A stretch of DNA of 64,000 nucleotides from Candidatus Spongiisociaceae bacterium. Its GTDB lineage: Bacteria; Actinomycetota; Acidimicrobiia; Spongiisociales; Spongiisociaceae. Below the pieces are notes generated by a model that searched no databases, was not told where the DNA came from, and was given only the letters and a program-made list of their open reading frames with translations. Made by a program: the position numbers and the translations under genes. Below, in pieces: positions 1 to 7,870 of this stretch. Every line of letters starts with the position of its first letter. Position 1 is the first letter of the stretch. Where the stretch lies: positions 2,048,001 to 2,112,000 of the forward strand of contig OZ253564.1 of assembly GCA_965262915.1 (NCBI GenBank). The letters are read 5' to 3'.

Positions 1-423
1 GTGGACCGCCTTGAGCGCCAGGGTGGCCGCGGCGCGGAGTTGCTCGGCGTTGATCGCGAACACGACCCGGTCGTCGCCCTCGCTGCTCTCCAGCATGAGG
101 ATCAGTCGGTCCCGGCTGTCGATCCTCATGGCGATGGACCGGACCGCGAATATGACATCGGTGGGACCGGACGGCGCGGGCAGATCCCCGGCACCGGATA
201 CCATGCCTTCGATCAGGTCTTCGTCCACCTTCCATCCGAGGTTCGATAGCAGCTCCAGGCCCTGCTCCCCGAGCGCCGCTGCCTGACCCTTCTCGCACTT
301 GAACCAGGTGGACCCACCGCCGCCTTCGATGAAGAGGTAGAACGTTCTTCGTCCCGGTTCGCCTATGGCGCCCACGAGGAAGCGGTCCACCATTCCGAAG
401 TCACGGTTCGAGCCCCCGTTCAT
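1..423 (-). CDS. DUF3090-family protein (runs off the window start)
   Basis: Not in the ORF track. ATG at 423 overlaps the upstream stop (ATGA). Translation MNGGSNRDFGMVDRFLVGAIGEPGRRTFYLFIEG...KCEKGQAAAL resembles DUF3090, which typically follows MSMEG_4193-type phosphatases in actinobacteria. Confidence 0.7.
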   Translation of the reverse strand, partial: MNGGSNRDFGMVDRFLVGAIGEPGRRTFYLFIEGGGGSTWFKCEKGQAAALGEQGLELLSNLGWKVDEDLIEGMVSGAGDLPAPSGPTDVIFAVRSIAMRIDSRDRLILMLESSEGDDRVVFAINAEQLRAAATLALKAVH

Positions 424-1022
424 CGGCGGGCGTCCGAGGCGTTGATGGACACCACCCACGGGGATCCGCCGTCCTCGAGACGGACGTCCGAGATCGAGGC
501 GGTGGAGATGCGGAAGCGCTGGAAAAGGTCGAGCGGTTGTCCGAGGAAGTGGGATAGGAGCAACTTGATCACGTCGCTGTGGCTTACCGCCACCACGGTG
601 CCCCCACGATGTTCCCCGGCGATACGCTGGGTGCATTCCACCGCCCTCGCCTGCGCCTCGACGAACGACTCGCCACCCGGGAACCGGAACCGCGAGGGTG
701 CCTGCTGGACGGTTTCCCACAGATCTGTGCGGCGAAGCGAATCGAGCGTTTCTCCGGTCCACGTCCCGAAGTCGATCTCGGTCAGTCCCGGTTCCGGGAT
801 GGGGCGGAGTTCGTGGGGCCGGCCCACGATACGGGCTGTCTCGATGGTCCGATCGATGGGGGAACTGTAGACGGCCGAGAGTTCGAGATCGGCGAGCGCC
901 GCGCCGGTGGCACGCGCCGCCTCCCTTCCGGCCTCATCGAGCGAAACGCCCGGGAGCCTCCCGGTGAGACGGGTTCCCGTCTCCGGGGTCGGGGCGTGGC
1001 GGACCAGGATTATGCGTGCCAT
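420..1022 (-). CDS. histidine phosphatase / phosphoglycerate mutase family (MSMEG_4193-like)
   Basis: N-terminal LVRHA motif, YSSPIDR, GGESF, VSHSDVI. Confidence 0.9.
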   Translation of the reverse strand: MARIILVRHAPTPETGTRLTGRLPGVSLDEAGREAARATGAALADLELSAVYSSPIDRTIETARIVGRPHELRPIPEPGLTEIDFGTWTGETLDSLRRTDLWETVQQAPSRFRFPGGESFVEAQARAVECTQRIAGEHRGGTVVAVSHSDVIKLLLSHFLGQPLDLFQRFRISTASISDVRLEDGGSPWVVSINASDARR

Positions 1023-1036
1023 TCGCGGCCCAGGCT

Positions 1037-1201
1037 AGTGGTCTGTCAGCAAAATGATTCGGCGTGCCCTGCTTGCCATCAACGTCCCTCGCTGCGTTCC
1101 GCCTCCTCGACGTACCGCGGCGGGTACGCCTTCGTCGGCGGGTCTTGCGAGGAACGCCGCTGCCGGCGCATGCCACACCACCATTTCACGGACAGACCAC
1201 T
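1037..1201. repeat. 165-bp MITE-like element family B, copy 1
   Basis: Terminal inverted repeats AGTGGTCTGTC...GACAGACCACT; homologous to 7893-8057 and 60983-61146; left end overlaps a CTAG. Confidence 0.85.
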
Positions 1202-1362
1202 GTGGGTCTGTCCGTGATGGGCCTCGCGGTGGCCCGCGGGACGAACACCGCCGCTGCGCGCCGCACCGGGATTCGCGACCAGACCGTACGATGATGTACC
1301 GGGACGGCACGGGATGACCCCCGGTTCCCCGCTACGCAGGGTCCCCGGTGCGGTCGCCGCCC

Positions 1363-2043
1363 TCACCCGTTGCCGGTCAACGGTTCGATGTTCTCGGCAA
1401 GATTGTTCCTGACCTTGTTCACGAGGGTCGATACTGCATGGCGGCTTATCCGATCGGCGGCAATCGGCGCCAGTACGGGCTCCACCAACTCGGGTGATCT
1501 GATGTCGCGGTCCAGCCACAGATCCCAGCCGTGCGGCTCGAGGATCACCGGCATCCTCGTATGGATCGAGGAGAGGGCCTCGTTGGCGTAGGTGGTTATG
1601 ATCGCGCAGCTCCGGATCCACTCGCCGCTGTCCGGGTCTCTCCACGATGCCCAGATGCCGGCGAACCCCATGGGACGGCGATCGGCCATGGTCACGTAGT
1701 AGGGACGCCGCCCGGTGGCTTTGGGGCCCCATTCGAAGAACCCGCTCGCAGGGATGATGCACCGCTTGCGACGGAGAGAGTCGCGGAAGGCCGGTCTGGT
1801 CGCCACCGTCTCCGCCCTGGCGTTGATGTTGAGCGGCCCCTTCCGGTCACGGGCCCAATGAGGGATCAATCCCCAACGGAACACCCCCAGCAGGCGGGCG
1901 CCACCATGTTCGGCGACCCCGTACACCTCTTCTGTCGGCGCCACGTTGTAGCTGCGATCCAGTGGGTCGGTCACGACACGATCCACGCCGAAGTAATCGG
2001 CCAGAGCCCCGGCATCGTCGTTGATCACATACCGCCCGCACAT
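1363..2043 (-). CDS. SOS response-associated peptidase (SRAP/YedK family)
   Basis: Starts MCGRY; YNVAPT, WGLIP, INARAET, GFFEW and HTRMPVIL motifs. Confidence 0.95.
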   Translation of the reverse strand: MCGRYVINDDAGALADYFGVDRVVTDPLDRSYNVAPTEEVYGVAEHGGARLLGVFRWGLIPHWARDRKGPLNINARAETVATRPAFRDSLRRKRCIIPASGFFEWGPKATGRRPYYVTMADRRPMGFAGIWASWRDPDSGEWIRSCAIITTYANEALSSIHTRMPVILEPHGWDLWLDRDIRSPELVEPVLAPIAADRISRHAVSTLVNKVRNNLAENIEPLTGNG

Positions 2044-2116
2044 GGTGGCGCCAGCGTACCGCCACATGGGGGAACCGGCGTCCGGTGCTCCGGGTTCGTC
2101 ACTAACCTGGGATCAT

Positions 2117-2494
2117 GGCGAGTTCGCCGGACGGCCGCGGTTGCCAGGCAATCGAGGAAAGTCCGGACTCCACAGGACAGGGAGCTGGGTAACACCCAGG
2201 CGGGGCGACCCGACGGAAAGTGCCACAGAAACCAGACCGCCGATGGCCGAGGAGGGTGCTGAGCACCCTCCTAACGGCACAGGCAAGGGTGAAACGGTGG
2301 TGTAAGAGACCACCAGCATCCCGGGAGACCGGGGTGGCTGGTAAACCCCTCCCGGAGCAAGGTCGAACAGAGGCGCCGGTGGTCCGCCGACCAAGCCTCG
2401 GGTGGACCGCACCGAGGTCTGACGGCAACGCAGGCCCCAGATGGATGGCCGTCACCCGTAGGGGTACAGAATCCGGCTTACAGGCGGACTCGCC
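2117..2494 (+). ncRNA. rnpB: RNase P RNA (bacterial type A)
   Basis: GAGGAAAGTCCGGACTCC, GGAAAGTGCCACAGAAAC, GGGTGAAACGGTGGTGTAAGAGACCACC, GGTAAACCC...GAGCAAG, ACAGAATCCGGCTTAC; P1 ends GGCGAGTTCGCC/GGCGGACTCGCC pair. Confidence 0.97.
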
Positions 2495-2512
2495 ACACCG
2501 GCCGGTCGGAGA

Positions 2513-2920
2513 TCAGGACGGTCCCGTGCTCGCACCCTCAGACCTCCGTCCGAGGGTTCCCCCGCCGTAGCCGATCGCTGCCGCCACCACTCCGAACACC
2601 ACCAGGGTCGGGACCCCGGCCGGGCTCCCGGATAGCAGGCTGAGCGACGCGAATACGGTGTAGGCACCGAGAGCGGCAAGGCTGCCGTGCAGCCCGGCCG
2701 CTCTCGGTCCGGCGAGCCGGCCCGCTACGTATCCGCCTACGAGCTCGCCTGCCAGCAGCGACAGGGACAGGACGAGCAATGTTGCGGTCCGGCCGGTTGC
2801 CAGACCTAGCCGGCCGCCCAGCCAGAGAAGCGCCGTTCCCAGGAATACGGCGACGACCATCAACAGCAGACCCGCGACCGCGCCCAAACCCACGGTCCCC
2901 CAACGGAATGGTGCCGGCAA
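2513..2920 (-). CDS. hypothetical membrane protein (about 4 TM)
   Basis: Hydrophobic ORF with GGYVAGRLAG motif; TTG start at 2920 preceded by AGAGGAG. Confidence 0.65.
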   Translation of the reverse strand: MPAPFRWGTVGLGAVAGLLLMVVAVFLGTALLWLGGRLGLATGRTATLLVLSLSLLAGELVGGYVAGRLAGPRAAGLHGSLAALGAYTVFASLSLLSGSPAGVPTLVVFGVVAAAIGYGGGTLGRRSEGASTGPS

Positions 2921-2939
2921 GGCGCTCCTCTCTCGATCT

Positions 2940-3042
2940 AGGAGGGTGGTGAGTAATCCAGCGGCGGGTTGTCGATTCGATGGCAAGATGCCACGTCGGC
3001 GAGTACCGGGCCTGGAGCAGTCGTCATTGTTCAGCCTCTCCG
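2940..3042 (+). repeat. ~103-bp MITE-like element family A, copy 1
   Basis: AGGAGGGTGGTGAG...TTCAGCCTCTCC ends; core TTCGATGGCAAGATGC shared with the 5891 and 21761 copies. Confidence 0.7.
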
Positions 3043-3108
3043 AGAGGTCTGTCCGTGAATTGCGCTGTGGCTTGCAGGCTACGGCATGTCGCCTCGCAGA
3101 CGGGCCGC
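3043..3108. repeat. internally deleted derivative of family B element
   Basis: AGAGGTCTGTCCGTGAA and GCAGACGGGCCGC resemble the two family B termini. Confidence 0.45.
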
Positions 3109-3202
3109 GAAGCGAAAAATAGGGTGATCGGGGATCATTCTGAAACTCGCCACGATCACGGTGGGTCTAAACGCGAGACACACACAACAAAGGGAGGTTG
3201 AG

Positions 3203-3838
3203 TTGACTGGTTCGCTGAACAGGTATCTGGCCGAGCTACTCGGCACGTTCGTGCTGGTAGCCCTGGGTTCCATGGCGATTCTCAATGCGGATGGGAGCGT
3301 GTTGATGATCGCCTTCGGGTTCGGTCTCGCCCTACTGGCTGCCATCTATATGTTTGGTGACCGCTCGGGAGCTCACTTTAACCCGGCGGTTACCCTGGCC
3401 ATGCTGCTCCGGGGGAGCATCTCCGGGTCGGACCTGGTCGGATACATTGTCGCCCAGGTGGCCGGCGCGGTTCTGGCCGCAGGGCTCGTGTTCTACGCGG
3501 CGGGCAACGCCGTAAGGGGTACCGTCACCGCGGTAGGCGGGATCGATCCCGTCCAGGCCTTCATAATCGAGGCCATCCTCACGGCTGTGTTCGTGATCGT
3601 GATCCTTCGTACCACGTCGGGTGAGGGGAGTGCGGTGGCGCCGGTTGCGATAGCCTTGGCGCTGCTGGTGGTCCATCTGGCCGCGGTACCGCTGACCGGT
3701 GCGTCTGTAAACCCGGCCCGGAGCCTTGGTCCCGCCATCATCGCCGCCGACTATGGCGACGTGTGGGTCTACATCCTGGGACCTGCGGTGGGAGCGGTCA
3801 TCGGCGTCTACGTGGACAAGTTCGTAAGCGAGTCGTAA
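3203..3838 (+). CDS. MIP family channel (aquaporin)
   Basis: Two NPA motifs (SGAHFNPAVT, GASVNPARSLGP); TTG start after GGGAGG. Confidence 0.93.
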   Translation: MTGSLNRYLAELLGTFVLVALGSMAILNADGSVLMIAFGFGLALLAAIYMFGDRSGAHFNPAVTLAMLLRGSISGSDLVGYIVAQVAGAVLAAGLVFYAAGNAVRGTVTAVGGIDPVQAFIIEAILTAVFVIVILRTTSGEGSAVAPVAIALALLVVHLAAVPLTGASVNPARSLGPAIIAADYGDVWVYILGPAVGAVIGVYVDKFVSES

Positions 3839-3860
3839 AGGCCTCACTCCTCGGGCCTTT
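3837..3860 (+). terminator. putative terminator hairpin after aquaporin
   Basis: AAAGGCC-N10-GGCCTTT immediately after the stop codon; short T tract. Confidence 0.45.
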
Positions 3861-4065
3861 GGGGTGCGGGGTCGGGCGGTGTCCCGGCCCCGTACCTGCG
3901 TTCCGGGGCGGGTTCGGATGGTCCGGCCGGCGACGCGGGCACCTGAGGTAGCGTTCGGCGGCGGGTTGTCAATCGGTAGGTGGCCGCGGGCGACCGGGCA
4001 GCCTCGATACTCACGATTCACCATCTGCTGCTCACCTGTCACCGGCTACTGGATACGGGCTACCG

Positions 4066-5118
4066 GTGACTGATAAGCTCCGGGCCGTGGCGGATTTCTC
4101 CTGGCCGATGATTCTCGGAACCCTCGCCGGCGGTTCCGACCTCACGCGCGACCAGGCGAGGAGCGCGATGCGAGAGGTGATGGCTGGGAACGCCACCCCC
4201 GCGCAGATCGCCGGCCTGATCGTGGCGCTCCGCATGAAGGGCGAGACCACCGAAGAGATGGTGGGACTGGTCGAGGGGATGCTGGAGGCGGCCGTCCGCG
4301 CCGATCTCGGGGACGCCGACCCGGTCGATATCGTCGGTACCGGCGGTGACCGCTCCGGCACCTTCAACATATCCACCACGGCGTCGCTCATTGCGGCCGG
4401 TGCGGGGATCCCGATCGCCAAGCACGGCAATCGTTCCATGTCATCGAAGTGCGGGTCGGCCGACGTGCTCGAAGCGCTGGGTGTGGTGATCGACCTACCG
4501 GTGCAACGGAACTGCCGGCTCTTCCGTGAGACGGGCTACGCGTTCTTCCTTGCGCCCGTCTACCACCCGGCGATGCGGTATGCCGGTCCGGTCAGGAAGG
4601 AGTTGGGTATCCCCACGGTGTTCAACTTCCTCGGTCCGTTGAGCAATCCGGCGCGGGTGCGACGCTACGCGCTGGGCGTAGCGGACGGGCGAATGGCGCA
4701 GCGCATGGTCCGCGTGCTCGATCTCCTGGGCGCGGAACGCGCCCTGGTTTTCCATGGCGAAGACGGGCTCGACGAACTGACCTTGAGTGGACCATCGGTG
4801 ATCTGGCGCCTGGAGGGAGGCAAGGTCACGAGGACGGAGTTCGTACCGGAGGACGTGGGGCTCCGCCGGAGACCGGTGGGCGATGTGCTGGGCGGTACGG
4901 TCGAGACCAACGCGGCCATAACACGCCGGGTGCTGGGCGGTGCTCCGGGACCCTATCGTGACATCGCCGTGTTGAACGCCGCCGCGGCGGTACTCGTCTC
5001 GGGGAGGGTCCGGAGCATGGAGGACGGGATTTCGGTGGCGGCCGACGCCATCGACAGCGGCGCGGCCGAGGCCGCGCTGGCAAGGGTGGCGGATCGCAGC
5101 CGGGAGTTGGCCTCCTAG
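4066..5118 (+). CDS. trpD: anthranilate phosphoribosyltransferase
   Basis: DIVGTGGD, FNIST, AKHGNRS, GSADVLEALG, FNFLGPLSNP, GLDE motifs. Confidence 0.97.
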   Translation: MTDKLRAVADFSWPMILGTLAGGSDLTRDQARSAMREVMAGNATPAQIAGLIVALRMKGETTEEMVGLVEGMLEAAVRADLGDADPVDIVGTGGDRSGTFNISTTASLIAAGAGIPIAKHGNRSMSSKCGSADVLEALGVVIDLPVQRNCRLFRETGYAFFLAPVYHPAMRYAGPVRKELGIPTVFNFLGPLSNPARVRRYALGVADGRMAQRMVRVLDLLGAERALVFHGEDGLDELTLSGPSVIWRLEGGKVTRTEFVPEDVGLRRRPVGDVLGGTVETNAAITRRVLGGAPGPYRDIAVLNAAAAVLVSGRVRSMEDGISVAADAIDSGAAEAALARVADRSRELAS

Positions 5119-5190
5119 GGGAGGGCCGTTCCGCTCAACTACCTCCGTTTCCCGGTGCCGCTAGCCCTGTTTCGTAGGTATCATGGGGCC

Positions 5191-5886
5191 ATGACAGCCC
5201 GCCGTCTCGCCGTTCTGGTCGCCTTGGCCATGGCCTGGGTACTCGGGGCGTGCGGCGGCGGAACCGGGGAACAGGTCGATGCGGCCGAGCCGGCCACCAC
5301 CACTGCACCGGCCACATCATCCGCTACGACCACGGTACCCCCAGCGACGGTCGCGGAGGAGTCACCTCCGGCATCCACTACCGCCACCGCCGTCCCGCAG
5401 GAACAACCGGACGAGGAGGTCGTGACCACCACCGCGCTGGAGTCGGTCTCGGTCACGGAACCCGCCGCCGTGCCGGAAGGCCCCCCTATCCCGGCCGTGA
5501 CGCTGGAACTGGACGACGGAACCGTCTTCGTCACCGCGGAGGCGACCCGGCCGGTGCTGTACGTTTTCTGGGCGGAGTGGTGACCGGCATGTCGACGGGA
5601 GTTGCCCGTCATCGACGCCTTGGCCCAGGAGTACGCGGGCAAGGTGGATGTGATCGCCATCGCCTGGGCCTCCACGCACGACAAGACGGCCGCTGCAGCC
5701 GGCGGTCTTCTCCCTTCCGGGGCTACCCGCTGGACGCTCGACGAGGACAACTCGGTGTTCGCCGCCTTCGCTGTGAACAGCCAGCCCGTGGCGATACTGG
5801 CGACGGCCGGGGTGGAAGTGAATCGGTGGTTCGGAAATATCGGCGAGGAGGAGCTCCGGCAGGGCCTCCAAGCCGTGACCGCTTGA
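5191..5886 (+). CDS. TlpA/thioredoxin-like lipoprotein with in-frame TGA (probable selenocysteine, UxxC)
   Basis: Lipobox LGAC and T/P/A-rich linker, then FWAEW-TGA(5581-5583)-PACRRELPVID continuing in the same frame to 5886; hairpin GACGGG-AGTTG-CCCGTC at 5594-5610. Confidence 0.8.
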
Positions 5887-5890
5887 TTCG

Positions 5891-5995
5891 AGGAGGGTAC
5901 TGAAAACGCCCCCGTTGGCCCGGTGTGGTCGATGGCAAGGTGCGACGTCAGCGGGGTGACGGGCCAACCCTTATCCCGTTCTTCTGCACTCTCCA
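5891..5995 (+). repeat. family A element, copy 2
   Basis: AGGAGGGTACTGA...TTCTGCACTCTCC ends; inner stem GTTGGCCC...GGGCCAAC around CGATGGCAAGGTGCGACGTCA. Confidence 0.75.
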
Positions 5996-6074
5996 GTGGC
6001 GAGCCGCGAGTTGTCTCTGCGTGCAACGGTGGCGTGATAGGCTGGCCACGGCGAGTTGTCCAGCAGGTGGAACG

Positions 6075-6680
6075 CTAGCTCCCGCCGCCGTCATCGGGCC
6101 CCCGGCGGAAGTCTCCGACTTGCCGGGAACCGATGCTCTCTCCCGACAGGATCCGCTCCAGTGCGCCGCTCAGCGTCAGTGCGTCGCTCTCGCCCAGCAG
6201 CTTCCCGACAATCCTGCCGTCCTTGATGAAGATGGTCTCCGGGACCCCGAATATCCCGAACTCGATGGCTGCCCGGGAGCCGGGGTCGGTCAGGTATTCG
6301 GTGGTGGCGCCTCTGCCCAGTTCGTCCAGGAAGGCGATGGCCCGGGACGGCTGGTCCTGGAAGGCGATTCCCAGGAAACGCACCGAGCGGTGATTGTACG
6401 CGTCGGCGGTCGAGATCAGGTCGGCGTGCTCGTTGCGGCACTGGAGGCACCACGATGCGAAGAAGTTGACCACCACCACCTCGTTACTGTCGCTCACCGA
6501 CCGCAGCGCCACCGTTCCGTTTCCCTCCAGGCGAGGGAGGGCCACGTCGGGAGCCCGGGCGCCGATCACCGGTGAGACGCCTCCGTCGGGATCGCCTCCG
6601 AACCGGGCGGCGAAGACCGCCACCGCCACGCCGACCACGACCAGTCCCGCGACCAGCAGACGCCTTCCGGAGGGGCTCAT
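6075..6680 (-). CDS. ccmG: cytochrome c biogenesis thiol-disulfide oxidoreductase (CcmG/DsbE-like)
   Basis: N-terminal TM, VVNFFASWCLQC, GVPET; last gene of the ccm operon. Confidence 0.85.
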   Translation of the reverse strand: MSPSGRRLLVAGLVVVGVAVAVFAARFGGDPDGGVSPVIGARAPDVALPRLEGNGTVALRSVSDSNEVVVVNFFASWCLQCRNEHADLISTADAYNHRSVRFLGIAFQDQPSRAIAFLDELGRGATTEYLTDPGSRAAIEFGIFGVPETIFIKDGRIVGKLLGESDALTLSGALERILSGESIGSRQVGDFRRGPDDGGGS

Positions 6681-6699
6681 CGGCGTACCCTCGGACGGC

Positions 6700-7479
6700 T
6701 CATCTGCCGGCTTCCACCGCGGCCCGGGCCTCCTCCACGGTCTGCTCGATGACCCGCCGGGTACCGTCGGGCAGGCCCTCCTCGTCCAGGAGGGGTTCCA
6801 GCTGCACCAGAGCGGCGGCTGCCTCTCCCCGGTCGAAGCGGACCAAGCCGAGGAAAAGGCGGGCTTCGAGATAGTCCGGTTCGATCTCCAGCGCCTCTAC
6901 CAGGTACGCCTCGGCGATGTCCTGCCCACCCGACAGGTGGCTCATCCAACCGACCCTGGCCATGGCGCGGGCACTGCGGGCGCTGTCGAGGGTGCCTCCC
7001 AGGGCGCCCAGATAGTGGGGAAGCGCCGAGGAGAAACTGCCCTCCTCGAAGTAACGGTCGGCCAGGCTGAGGCGCATGGCGGCGATCTGGGGAACGTCCG
7101 GGTTGGCGGCGATCACCGCTTCCATCTGGTCGTTGGTGACCTCCGACAGGTCCACCGGACCCCCCACGTCGCCGGTGACGAATCCGCCCTCGCGGGGACG
7201 GATGGCATAGAAGGCCGTGATCGCCACTCCCGCGAACACCCCGACCAGCAGCAGGGCTCCTACGAGGCGCCTCCGCACCGAGGCCGGCTGGGGTTGCCTC
7301 CGGAGCGGCTGTTCCGCCCCCGGCTCGAGGCGGTCGATCTCGTCCCGGTACCGGCGTATGAGCCGTTCGGCAGTCTCGGGATCGAGTTCACCGTCGGCCA
7401 GCTGCCGGCGCACGCCTTCGATGTCCTGCTCCGCCAGGACGCGCCGGGCTCCGGCGGGGGAGAGGGGGGTATCACTCAT
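6700..7479 (-). CDS. TPR-containing CcmI/CycH-like protein
   Basis: Central TM followed by TPR-like helices; lies between ccmH and ccmG. Confidence 0.7.
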   Translation of the reverse strand: MSDTPLSPAGARRVLAEQDIEGVRRQLADGELDPETAERLIRRYRDEIDRLEPGAEQPLRRQPQPASVRRRLVGALLLVGVFAGVAITAFYAIRPREGGFVTGDVGGPVDLSEVTNDQMEAVIAANPDVPQIAAMRLSLADRYFEEGSFSSALPHYLGALGGTLDSARSARAMARVGWMSHLSGGQDIAEAYLVEALEIEPDYLEARLFLGLVRFDRGEAAAALVQLEPLLDEEGLPDGTRRVIEQTVEEARAAVEAGR

Positions 7480-7870
7480 CGGATGGCTCTTGGGGCCTGA
7501 TCAGGCGGCGGGCGCCGAGGACGATACCGGCCAGTGCCACCCCCAGAGGTAGCAACCAGAGCAGCATCGTACTGCCCGAGAAGCGCGGATCGAGCCGGAT
7601 GCCCGCGAAGCGGTTTTCGAGGTAGTCGAGGATCTGCTCGTCGGTCCAGCCCTCCTCGACCTGCTCCTCCACGAAACCCAGGATGTCCCGGGCGTAGGGC
7701 GTCGGGGAGTCGACGATCGACTCTCCCTGGCATACCGGGCAGCGAATCCGGGTGCCCAGCGCCTCCACCCGGTCGCGGTCGGTCGGTTCCCCCACGGTCA
7801 GGCCCCAGATCACCACCCCCGCCAGCAGCAGGGTGGCCAGCGTCGCCGGGGTAGACCTGCGGTCAAGCAC
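7472..7870 (-). CDS. ccmH: cytochrome c biogenesis protein CcmH
   Basis: IRCPVCQGESI motif and C-terminal LLWLLP TM. Confidence 0.92.
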   Translation of the reverse strand: MLDRRSTPATLATLLLAGVVIWGLTVGEPTDRDRVEALGTRIRCPVCQGESIVDSPTPYARDILGFVEEQVEEGWTDEQILDYLENRFAGIRLDPRFSGSTMLLWLLPLGVALAGIVLGARRLIRPQEPSDE

